In this document: in pieces, positions 14,083-26,000 of the stretch | Layout: every line of letters starts with the position of its first letter | Position numbering within the stretch: the stretch's first letter is position 1 | Assembly (NCBI RefSeq): GCF_006345805.1 | Contig: NC_043008.1 | Span: forward strand, 71,796,001 to 71,860,000 | Source of the DNA: Octopus sinensis | Lineage: Eukaryota | Direction of reading: 5' to 3' | Length of the DNA stretch: 64,000 nt | Made by a program: the position numbers and the translations under genes | The notes under the pieces: model-generated | Databases searched by the model: none | Seen by the model: the letters and a program-made list of their open reading frames with translations, nothing else | What the model was told of the DNA's origin: nothing

Positions 14083-14218
14083 CAAGGAAATGGAAAAAAA
14101 ATTTTTTAAGCGATTATCTCCCCTACACCGGAAAAAATCACTCACTACCTCCCCTTATTTAGAAATCTCCTGGAAATAAAAACAACGATAATTCCATGCA
14201 ATATAAACATAACGTCAC

Positions 14219-14258
14219 AAGAAATTTGAAAAGCTACACGCGAAACCGGTAATTTCTT
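14219..14258 (+). ncRNA. Minimal type I hammerhead ribozyme, U3-A8 core variant
   Basis: AAGAAAT-TTGAAAA-GC-tacac-GC-GAA-ACCGGT-A-ATTTCTT: 7-bp helix I, 2-bp helix II, palindromic helix III. Confidence 0.75.
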
Positions 14259-14391
14259 TAAAAATTTTAAAATTATGTCATTTTAAGGAAGGAAAAAAGT
14301 TTTTCCAATATTCTCCAGACATTTTGACACAAATATATATATTTTTTAACATTTAAGCCTTCTGTCGTTTTTTCACACTTTACTATTTTCT

Positions 14392-14425
<34 letters not shown>

Positions 14426-15437
14426 ATATGAGAGTGAGAGAGAGATACATCAATTTGTACGATAAAATATGGAATAAGAAAATCATGCGGTTATCACTGA
14501 ATGCTCCTCTAACGGGCTCAGTAATCCATACAAGGAAGAGCAATGTAGAGTGACCTTGAAGCTGAAATCCAGCTGATACGATCGATGAAATTAATTCATC
14601 GAGAGTATATAAAGTCTAAATAGTCAGGAATCATGAAAGATTACACTTATTTAAGCACATGACATTAATTTAACCACAACCCGCTTGATATATATATATA
14701 TATTATATATATATATATACATGGATATGTGTTTAGGTGTATTTATATGTATATCAAACATTGAGTGTTCAACCACCTGTTCTTTTAGAAACCCAAGGGA
14801 GTGCCAAGTAAAGAATGAACACAATATTTTTATTTTTTTCCCTTTCTTTCTTTCACATTTTCAAGAACACACGGTACATGTATGTATGAATGTTTATGAA
14901 AATGTACACACACAATAGGTTCCTCCATATGTGTGTGTGTATATATGTGAGTGTATATGGATATATATATATATATGTATATATATGTTTATATGTAAGG
15001 ATATATGTGTGGGTGTACATAGCAACACTCCTACTATTGAAAAACAAACCCTCTCAAACCCTCTTTTTCCTTCTCTCTTTCCATTTCTTACAAGAGTCAT
15101 CCAAAAAACACAAAAAGACCCATAAAAAGAAAAAAGAAAAATAGTTTTAAAACACACACACCCATATTCTCTCTCTTTCACCTTCTCCATCCCTCTATCT
15201 CCCTATCACCCCATCTCTCTCTCTCTTTCACCTTCTCCCTCTCTATATTCCCCATTCTATACACACACACTCACACACTATCTCTCCCCACTTCATTTAC
15301 CAATACTATAAATACAGGCAAAACTTTACAAAGTGACCAGGAGTAGTTGAAAGCGCTATATGAAGAAATAATATGTGATATGTAAATAAATATATTTTTT
15401 TACAACCATCCAGCATTCTGAACACCTTTTTTCTTTC

Positions 15438-15461
<24 letters not shown>

Positions 15462-15469
<8 letters not shown>

Positions 15470-16505
15470 CGTCCACTCGTGACCGAGGAAGACCACTGCC
15501 GTTCCGGGTCGAACTTCAGCGACTTTAACACAACCAAAGCATTATATAGGGGATTAGTGGAGGGGAGGTACGACAATGAGCTCGGGGCGAACCTGGACGT
15601 CGATGAGGAATACCTGACCCACCTGTTCAGGACGACTTTCGGGCAAGGGACCATGGACAACTTCCAGAGATCCCTGGCCTTGCAGTGCTACCGGGAAGCG
15701 CTACTCGTTCGGGATAAGCTCTACAGATATGGCTCGAGAAACACGGGGCCGACATGCCTGAGATGCGGTCAGAGCGACGAAACCGTTCTGCACGCACTCG
15801 TGCAGTGTCCAACCATTTCCGACCTGTGGGCTTATGTTGAATTACTACTGTCACGTATGAGACGAGTCGGTTTATCAGCCGAGTCTATAGTCAATATTGT
15901 CACGCCTCATTCCTTCAAACGGGAAGGAAGAGATATTTTCATCATTCTTGTGGCTATGGCGAAAGAACGTATCTGCTGGACGCGTCTGAAAGGATTGGAG
16001 ACAAACACTTTCCTCTTTGGTCAATCTCTCATCAACTTCTTCAAGTATCACTCGAAAAGGAAAGTAAGAGTAGAGAGGCAAGTTTTGTCTAGCGAATGTT
16101 TAAAAAAAAAAGATGGGTAACTGTAGCAAAGATGGCACGTATGAATGACGAAGCCACCTTCAGCATAATCCTATGAACCCGGAAAAATTTAAAACAGAGG
16201 GCGACCTACTTGCAAACAAATGTGGTAACATGTAACATTATTGACTGAAGTTACCGTGGTTTTTCCGTAGGGTTTTCTTTCCACGGATAAACCTTATCTG
16301 CTTCCCCCTTTACACTTTACATCATGACATTTCTGTGATAAACGATCCCTATTGGATCGTTTTCCTTTCTTTTTCTTTTTTCTTTCCCTTTTACGATCCC
16401 TTTTGATCGAAAACCTACCCCACTTTTATTTTCTCCCCACAAAGAAAAGCTCTACTTTGTAATCTGTCATGTCTGTGTGCAGCCCTGTGTGGCTAATAAA
16501 GAAAT
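15462..16505 (+). mobile_element. L1/Tx1-like LINE 3' fragment (ORF2 C-terminus 15479-16120 plus 3' UTR)
   Basis: ALPVRDKL-like EALLVRDKLY and CLRCGQSDETVLHALVQCP (zf-RVT type). AATAAA at ~16495; both ends in TA repeats. Confidence 0.8.
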
Positions 16506-18132
16506 ATATATGTATGTGTGTATATATGTATACACGCACGTAAACACATAAATAAATAGATTGATATATGAATTTTGCAGCGTACAAGCTTAACAGTATC
16601 CGTTAAAGGGAAAAGATATACAAGATTTTATAACAAAATTTCCAACTAAAGACCACCTAAAGCCACACAACTATTGTTAGATAAAGGAAATTGAATATAC
16701 ATTATTTTATGTCCTTCAATTGAGGTCGGCTAAAACTGTTCCTCTATGATATAATTACTACACTTCGAAGACAAATCAGGCCGATTCTTTTGAGAGAATT
16801 GACCGAAAGATCTGAAACTTCTGTGTATTTCTTGTGAACAATACTCAATGATTAGAGAATCCCTTTCAGACCGAAAACGGCTTAGTTTATTGAAAGGTTC
16901 TTATCCTATTCAAAATCGACTGAAAGGATTTCAAAGAAATTTTTCTTAAAAAAATTTCTCCCTAAAATAGTTTCTGTGCTTTGCGAACCCGATCATAAAA
17001 GGACGTCATGTTAAGCCTAAACCAAATCTTTCAGTGCTTTACAAGAACCTCATGTTATTATACTTTGCTGATCTATTTACCGTGAAGAGCATAGATGCCT
17101 CCGTAATTTGCTGAGTTCAAGAGAAGAAATCTTGTTCTGCGACATTTTAGTGCCAACATTTTGTTCGCTGGAGACTGAAAAATATTTGGTCTTTTTTTCG
17201 TAATTAGAAAAGAACCCAAGTCTGTTCCTGCAATGTCATTGTCGCTAGTTGCATCATCTGTTTTCATTTTCACCTTTCCTTTCGTCTTCTGCTTGATATC
17301 GTCGTTTTCTTTTTTTTCTACCTTATTTATCCATATCGACATATTTTATTCCGTTTTGCTTCTTCCGTTCTAAAACCATTCAGCTCTCACGTTGCCCTAC
17401 TTATTTCTCATTTTAGTCAATTACTTATATAATCATGAAACTTACACTTACTTGCATCCTTTCACACTTCTCCATAATAAGTTTTACGCGTGTTCCATAA
17501 CATTATTGTAGCTAGTTAAATCCATTTCTTACTGTGCCTCTATTTTTATATTTCCTTATTTCTATGTATAATTTCTTTTCCCTATACTCTCTTATTCTAT
17601 CACTATACTTTTACTTCCATACCTACGCAAGTCTTCAATCTTCAAAATATGTTCATGTTAAATTTTCTACAATAGTAATGTTAACTTTAGACCCCAACAT
17701 TTATCACATTGTTTTGACCAAAATGCGTGACAATCATTTAACATTTAAAATTCTATATATGAAAATAGCGATTAGTTGAATTCAAAATTTTGTTTTCAGT
17801 GTCACGTAAAATTTTTAATTGAAATTCAAGAGCGCTTTGCTGATGTATTAACTCTAATATGGGTTTAAAATCATCAGTAATTTTTAACTCTATATTTGCA
17901 TGCTATTGATTAAATCTCTATGTGCTTCCTGATTCATGGTTCCAAAACAGAATTATTTTACGTTTTCTCGATAGTTTAAAAAGTTCTTATGATACCCACA
18001 ATGTACAATTCTTGCTGAATAGAATAAATAGGAGAGAGAAAAAAATCAAAGAATTGCTTTGGTCTAATGACAAAACAATTTTAGCGGTACAGAACATGCA
18101 TGCATACATAAATACATACATACATATATATA

Positions 18133-18395
18133 TCTAATGTAGGATAAAATTTTTTTCGAAAAGAATTCTTTTCCCCCAAAAATTTTATCAATGGCCAGCA
18201 TATTAAAAAATACCTTTAAAGGTTAAATTCATAAACAATTCATAAATAAGGGCAAACGAAAATAATTTTTTGGAAAATAATTTTTTTCGAATACCTTTAA
18301 AGGTTAAATTCAAAAACAATTCATAAATAAGGGTCAATGGAAAATAATATTTTGGAAAATAATTTTTTTCGAAAAAAATTTTATCCTACATTAGA
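18133..18395. repeat. MITE-like element: exact 30-bp terminal inverted repeat around two ~80-bp direct repeats
   Basis: TCTAATGTAGGATAAAATTTTTTTCGAAAA at 18133-18162 and its reverse complement at 18366-18395; internal tandem unit starts AATACCTTTAAAGGTTAAATTC. Confidence 0.6.
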
Positions 18396-18584
18396 GATAA
18401 ATTTAAGCGTTCACTTCCGGACTCTTTCACTCTGTGAGAGCATCAGTTCAAATCACACGTGTCTCGAGTGGGCTGGAGTATTTCTATTTTGGTTGTATTT
18501 GGGGTACTTAATTGTGTTCATGACTTAGTGTTTGCTTCTTCCATGGGTATGAGTAAGTATCTCATTTATTTCTTTTGCCACATG

Positions 18585-18641
18585 TATATCACTGACGAAG
18601 GGAGGGCTGTTATAAGCTAACCCTGAAATCGGTCCGATATG
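18585..18641 (+). ncRNA. Type I hammerhead ribozyme candidate, canonical core
   Basis: TATATCA-CTGACGA-AGGG-(18 nt)-CCCT-GAA-ATCGGT-C-CGATATG: GUC triplet, helix III self-complementary with G-U pairs, one A-C mismatch opening helix I. Confidence 0.7.
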
Positions 18642-18788
18642 GTAATAATGGAATCTTTTAGAAATTTCTGTCGACCTTTTTTCGAGTAGCGTGCGGATTG
18701 TGAAAAAATTAATGGTTAATGGACAATAGGTCCAATTTTTCGGCATATTTGGCATTGAACATTTTTTCGTATGCCCTTATTTATGAAT

Positions 18789-18839
<51 letters not shown>

Positions 18840-20335
18840 ATAAAACGGTAAGATAACAAAAGAAAGAAAGAGACCTCAATATTATGTAAATAGAGGAAAT
18901 TTATCTATACAATATGTTACATTACTCGGTAGTCAAGATAAAACTCTGAGTTTCAGATGCCGAAGTGGAAATCCACAACACCATCTCTTCGGTTATCTGG
19001 CTATTTGAAAACGTTATGAAAAAATACCGTTAAAAATGAAGGGAAATTACTCTGTTATAACTCTGCTTTGCCTGCGTACTTATACATCGCTCGCATTTTT
19101 CGTCATAAAAATTATATAAAAATACATAAAAATATATAAAAATATATAAAAATATATAAAATCTTCTTGGGACATAACACAGAAAGCATGTTCTATCCGT
19201 TTTCTTTAGGGGACCAAAAACGTAACAGAAATTTAGTCACATGTGGGCATGATCCGAAAAGCTCTGTCCTTGTATTTAGACATGTGGTAGGGTCTAAGCT
19301 GCTTTTCCAGATAAGCCATCTCTCCATGTCGCATAAACCGCACCTTCCGCTGCCGTTAGTATAGGGCTTACATCTGGCCAAAATCTTCCATTGTATGTTA
19401 TAATCGACACCTTTATCTCTTAAAGACCAAATATGATTGGATAATTGTGTCGCTTTTCTTTTGTTCCAGTGCCTAAAGCTCAAAGTGTGGTTATTGAACC
19501 TGGCCTTGAAATTACCCTCTGTCAGGCCCACGTATTTCTTCGTCGAAACGGTGTCTTTAGTGGTTATAGAGTTTACGGTAGCTTCATATATGATGGTCTT
19601 GGACATGCAAGCTCCATTTAGCGGGCACAATTCTTTATTCCTGCATGAACAGCTGTTTTCTTCTTGTGTTTTTGTATGTTATGATTGATTATGTTTTTAA
19701 AATTGGTAGTTGAACTAAAACTAATTTTTAAATTGTGTCTATTGAAGAGTTTCCTATAAGCATGGTTAACTGGAAAATGTCTATCTATCAGTGCTAGGAA
19801 ATATTTACCTATATTGAAGGCCACCTCGGGTGAGTAAGGGGGCGTAAACCAGATGACCTTCCTATTTCTATTATTCCTTTTCCTTATTGTTGGGCTGGTG
19901 ATAGGTGTATATTTTATTTTTTCGCTAAAACCACTATCTTTTAAAGCTTTATTATAAACTGGGGCAACGCTATTGAAGATGTCCTCATTAGATGAGAGGC
20001 TAGAAATCCTCTTACTAATATTTTTAACTAAATTTTTGAATACTATAGGGGGATGGCATGAAGCTACATTAATATAACTTAGTCTATCATTGGGCTTCCT
20101 ATAAGGCTTATAAATATTATTATTAAGATCTAAGGAAACGTCTAAGAAATTGACAACCGTCAGGTTAGTGTCTATAGTTATACTAAGTCCGAAGTGTTTC
20201 ATTAACTGGATAATATCCTTCCTAAAACGATCTTGTGCTGGTCCATTTGTATTAGCTGTTAAGGCGAGGGCATCATCTTTGTAGATGGCGAAATGTACGT
20301 TAGGGAATGTCTTACCGAAGTTCAACACTTTTGTT
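18840..20335 (-). mobile_element. Penelope-like retroelement, 5'-truncated (RT C-half, GIY-YIG and 3' UTR)
   Basis: 20328-19618: AIYKDDALAL, VNFLDVSLDL, YKPYRKPND..YINVASCHPP. Frameshifted into 19630-19193: CPLNGAC..IIYEATV..KYVGLTEGNFKARFNNH. Confidence 0.9.
18936..18998 (-). ncRNA. Hammerhead-like motif with extended helix II in the Penelope 3' UTR
   Basis: AGATAA-CCGAAGA-GATG...CATC-T-GAA-ACTCAGAGT-T-TTATCT: 6-bp helix I, but U4 to C and an extra U before G12. Confidence 0.5.
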
Positions 20336-21079
20336 TAGGCCACTAGTGAACAATCATTAAAACAAGGAATATTGCAACTTTACATGCATTTGTAAATGAA
20401 TTTATAGAGAAAATATGTAATATTGTGAATAGTAGCGTACCACTATTCCTAAAATATTTGGGGCATAAATTTTCAGTCCGCTTCGCTTTTTAAATAAGGA
20501 TCGACTTTTTGAGTGTTATGTCGCACGTTCGGACGCCTTCTACTCAACTGTGATCTCCTACTCTTCTACTGCTACTCAACTGTGCTATCTGACGTCTAGG
20601 CTTTTCCTTCTATATCTACGTATTGGGCTAGCCTACTTCATCGTCTGGGGGCGTCCACACAACATGAGTAAGAGTTATTTGCAAGTACACATAATATATG
20701 AATATTCTCATACAAATTGTGTAATATAAGGATAGCAACCTACCTGTGTACGCATGAATCGGTACATTCTTACATCTGTGAATGCGCAGGCGTAACTATC
20801 TGTCTGTATGTCCTGACAATTTGCAATTAGGGACCATTATCTCCTGGATCATGAATTTCCGCAAATTTGGTCCTAAAATAGATAAGTATTTTAATGATTA
20901 AAAACTGGTCAAACAAAGAATAAAGCAATATATATATATGTGTATGTATGTGTGTATGTATTTATATGTATGTATATCTGTATATATGTAGAGGGGTGAA
21001 AGGTAACACACGAGCTGATATGAATCAGCAAAAAAGACAAAGTAGAAAGAGTTAAAATAATTTAATCATGAAGTACATT

Positions 21080-21117
21080 TTACTACCGGTTTCCGTCGTT
21101 TAGACTTTTTCAACTAA
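21080..21117 (-). ncRNA. U3-A8 hammerhead-like motif in a terminal-repeat remnant (~20990-21230)
   Basis: TTAG-TTGAAAA-AGTC-taaac-GACG-GAA-ACCGGT-A-GTAA; related to 44870-44907. Confidence 0.5.
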
Positions 21118-21268
21118 GTGTAAAATAAGAAAAACAATTAAATTAGAGGAAAAAATTAAGTGAAATGTTTTGTAATTATTTTCCATAGTCTTCAAATAGG
21201 TAAATATTTCCAGAGTCTTCAGATAGTCTGTCTGTCTGTCTCTTCTTTTCTTAATGCTTTGTAGGTAG

Positions 21269-21318
<50 letters not shown>

Positions 21319-22156
21319 ATATACATGTATATGCATAGAGGCATATATTTACACATAAATATGCACACATCCGCTTCACAGAAATATATGTATATATATC
21401 AACATTAAAGTTTATAATTAACAAAGAAATAACTATATATATATATGTGCCTATTACACACACATATATATGTCTATATATATATGTATGTATATGATGT
21501 ATATGCACGTATGTGTATGTCTATATTCCAAAGTAATCTCCTCATAAACGCGGCATATTTTCTATTAGCTGATGGCAAAAAAAACGCGATGATTTAAAAA
21601 TAAAAAAAGTACACCTTATCCCTCCTCCTTCCTATCACTCAGTAAACAAACAGACACACAAAAATAATAAAATCAACAAGTCTTTCGGATAAATGCGGAT
21701 TGATAGCTTCCTGATATTCTTTCTTTGCTGCGAAATTATTGACATAATAGCCGTAGAGAATAGATGACAGAGACTATTCCAGAAGATAACCACTGAACCT
21801 TGCTTATCAATTTTCTTTTTCACATGCCTATTTGCACAATTTATAGACCATTTCCGAAATAGCATAGGAAAAGTATGATGGTATATAAAAGCAATATATT
21901 TAAAGTTTAAGATTAGCTATATGTAAATAATTGTATGCATATCTATATTCCATTATATAAATATATGCTCATGCGTATGTATATATTGTATGTATATATA
22001 TTTCTTCATGAATGTACATATATATATTCACTTATTTATGTATATATATATATATATTTATGCAAATTTATCTACATTTAATTACTTATGTATATATATC
22101 TATACATGTATGTATATATATATATATATGTATGCGTATATATATATATGTATATT

Positions 22157-22204
<48 letters not shown>

Positions 22205-22274
22205 CATATATATATTATATATATATGACCAATGTATATATACAGATAGGTATTTTCATACGTTTTTCTTTGCA

Positions 22275-22305
<31 letters not shown>

Positions 22306-22563
22306 TACAAACGCTTGCGTCCATATGTGTATATGATACTGCGTGTATGTACATGCCCGTATATGTAATTGTGCATATTTTCAAAATCCTCCTGTATTAG
22401 TGCATATACATAAACGTCTCTATCTACTTGTGCACCGGACGTAAGTAAATGCAAGTATACGTACGTACTTATATACTTACATACATTCATACGTACATTT
22501 ACATACACACAGTCTCCTTCTCAGCTACATGTACAGAAGCATCCCTGCCTTCATGCCTATTAG

Positions 22564-22607
<44 letters not shown>

Positions 22608-23069
22608 CTCCCTACCTGCATATATGTAATCTGTTTGGCAAAAACATGTATGTACGTATCTAAATGTAGGCCTACACTTACTCCTACACAATATGCGAAC
22701 GTGCTTGGCCTTCCTGTTAGCTAATTCGTCCCATAAACGTAAACTCACGAATCTCATTGCTGAATTACACGGAACTTATCGTTGTTGAGGAATAATTTCA
22801 TTTCAAATGGCTTCTATCGACGCCACCAATTTATGGTAAATGGTTCAAGGATAGGTGTGAAGACTGCCCGTGATTCTATTATCACTGTTATAAAGTATAT
22901 TGTGATAGTCTAATATATCACTAGACTTGATAGCACTTATTATAGATAATATATTATATATATATATATATATAATATATTATAGATATATATAACCATA
23001 CATGTATATACATATATAAACGATATACACACAACAAATATATTATATATATATATTAATAAATATTAG

Positions 23070-26000
23070 GGAATAAATCCAAAATTTACAGGGAAAAAAT
23101 CAGATTTAGGATTAAATCGGTATAGTAAAATATTATAAAATATTATTCGAGACAAAACCACTATTTTGCAAAACAAACAACAAGGAAAGACTTAATCAAT
23201 ACATAAAATTTTAATAAATAGTCAAAAAAACCGCCACTACAATCGTTTCTTGTCTTGATCGACAATCTTCAGGTGGACTTCCAATCTAAAAAATCAATAT
23301 TTTAAAATATAAAAATAATAATTTTAAAATAATTAAAGTATGAATGAAAAAATATAAGTATATAATCCATATATAACCTATCTATAATCCATATATAATC
23401 AATATATAAACAATATATAAACTAAAAAAAACCTATCAACAATAAATATAAAATATAAGATATAAAATAAATATAAAATATAAAATATAAAACAAAACAA
23501 AAAAAATAATAATAATATATAATAAAACTATATATACACCCATACGCATATACCTAATTATATATATAACCATATCTAACTACATACACTAAATCACACA
23601 CCTATATATATATCCCTATACATACACATAAAAATGTCTAGGCAACTATAAATGAATAAAATAGCTAAATACTTCAACACAATACTTATTCATACTCCCA
23701 CACACACACACATACAACCCACATTCACGCTCTAGTAAACGGACATCACTCAAAACTATGAACGGAGAAATAGAATAAATGGAATTAAAAATTATATTCA
23801 CTTGGTAAAACGAACACTACTTAAAAATTATGAATGAAACAATGCAATAAAAAAACAGACATCGCAAATAGACACAAATTACTACAAATTCCTTATCAAA
23901 CCTACCATGATAACCAAAACTCATAAAAACATATAATGATAAAATCTCCCTTACTAAACTCTATAACAAACCTATATAGCAATCCCCCTAACCTAAACAT
24001 TCACACAAACAAATACACAAACGTAACACACACCACGACATATACAAATACCCACCCCCCTTACACATACCAATACATACATATAAAACCTCAACATATA
24101 CTCCAAAAACCCACTCAACCCCACACAGACAAATAAACACAAAAATTATGAATGGATTCTTTTATAAAACTACCATGATAAGCTAAAACTCACAAAACAG
24201 AAATGATAAAAACTCCCTTTACTAAACACTAAAACATACTTATATAGCAATTCCTTTAACCTATACATTCACACACAAAACCACTCGTAAACCACACACC
24301 CATAACAAATACAAACTCCCACCCCACTCACCACAACCCACAAGTACATATAAGCCTCAACATATACACCAAACAAAATTACTTTACCAAGGAACTTAAC
24401 ATATATATAAAAAATATAACCGCTCTGGAAACGAACACCTCTAAATTAATGAATGGAGAAATGGAATAAATGGAATTAAAAATAAAATTCACGTGGCAAA
24501 ACGAACACCACTCAAAAATTATGAATGAAACAATATAAAAAAACAACCAACATCGAAAATAGACAAATTACTACGAATTCCCTAAAAAAACATGATAAAC
24601 CAAAACTCTTAAAAAACAATAACGATAAAATCTCCCTTTGCTAAACTCTATAACAAACCTATATAGTAATCCCCCTAACCTAAACATTCACACACAAACA
24701 CACACGTAAACCACAGACCCACGACTTATACACATACCTAAACTAACTTATAAACCTCCATATACACCAAAACCCACTCCCTCCCACACAGACAAATTAA
24801 CTCATAATCCCAAAACCTAAATAACAAACCATATACACATTCACACACAACACACACACACGCAAAAACACACACACACAAACACACACACACGCAAAAA
24901 CACACACACACAACAGATACATATACTCCCTCACATATACGCATATACATACTCACTAAACTCAATATATACAACAATATTTAACACCCACACTCATACA
25001 GATAAATAAATTATACAACTAAAAACTCGCACACAATCTCATATACATAAACACTCCTATGAAAACTACATTAAATACATCGTAATTAACCAGAATATCA
25101 AAAATAACAATATGACATAAAGGTAAATAAAATACATACTTACAATTCAGTGTCAAATTATGAAGTGAAATTAAATTCTTAGCCGTTAAAAAATCAAACC
25201 AAAATTACGTTACCATAGAAATAACTTATGTAAAAAAAGACTAACAAACAACTTGCAGTAACCAAACCCATCTCTATGCTACCTCACTACTACACTATTC
25301 CATTCACAATTCCAAACAACGCTAGTCCACCTCCCGCCGGTTATTCACGTGGCAAAACGAAAACCACTCAAAAATTATGAATGAAACAATGTAATAAAAC
25401 AACCAACATCGAAAATAGACAAAATACCACGAATTCCCTAAAAAAACCATGATAAACCAAAACTCCTAAAAACATATAACGATAAATCTCCTTTGCTAAA
25501 CTCTATAACAAACCTATATAGCAATCTCCCTAACTAAACATTCACACACAAATACACACTCGTAAATCACAGACCCACGACTTATACACATACCTATACT
25601 AACTTATAAACCTCAATATACACCAAAACCACTCCCTCCCACACAGACAAATTAAAACATACATCCCAAAACCTAAATAACAAACCCATATACACATTCA
25701 CACACCAAACACACACACACGCAAAACAAACACCACACACAGAATACATATACTCCCTCACATATACGCATATACATACTCACTAAACTCGATATATACA
25801 ACAATATTTACACACCCACACTCATACAGATAATAAATTAGACAACTAAAAACTCGCACACAATCTCATATACATAAACACACCTATGAAAACAACATTA
25901 AATACATCGTAATTAACCAGAATATCAAAATAACAATATGACATAAGGATAATAAAATACATACTTACAATTCAGTGTCAAATTATGAAGTGAAATTAAA

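Larger units (their letters stand above)
12914..14398. mobile_element. Penelope-like element 3' end as an inverted pair (arms 12914-13611 and 13699-14398, 87-bp spacer)
   Basis: The arms are near-perfect reverse complements, each encoding a GIY-YIG domain; (TA)n lies on both flanks. Confidence 0.9.

Noticed and set aside
17073-17342. 89-aa minus-strand ORF with protein-like composition
   Set aside because: No recognisable domain, in-frame stop just upstream and no clear acceptor.
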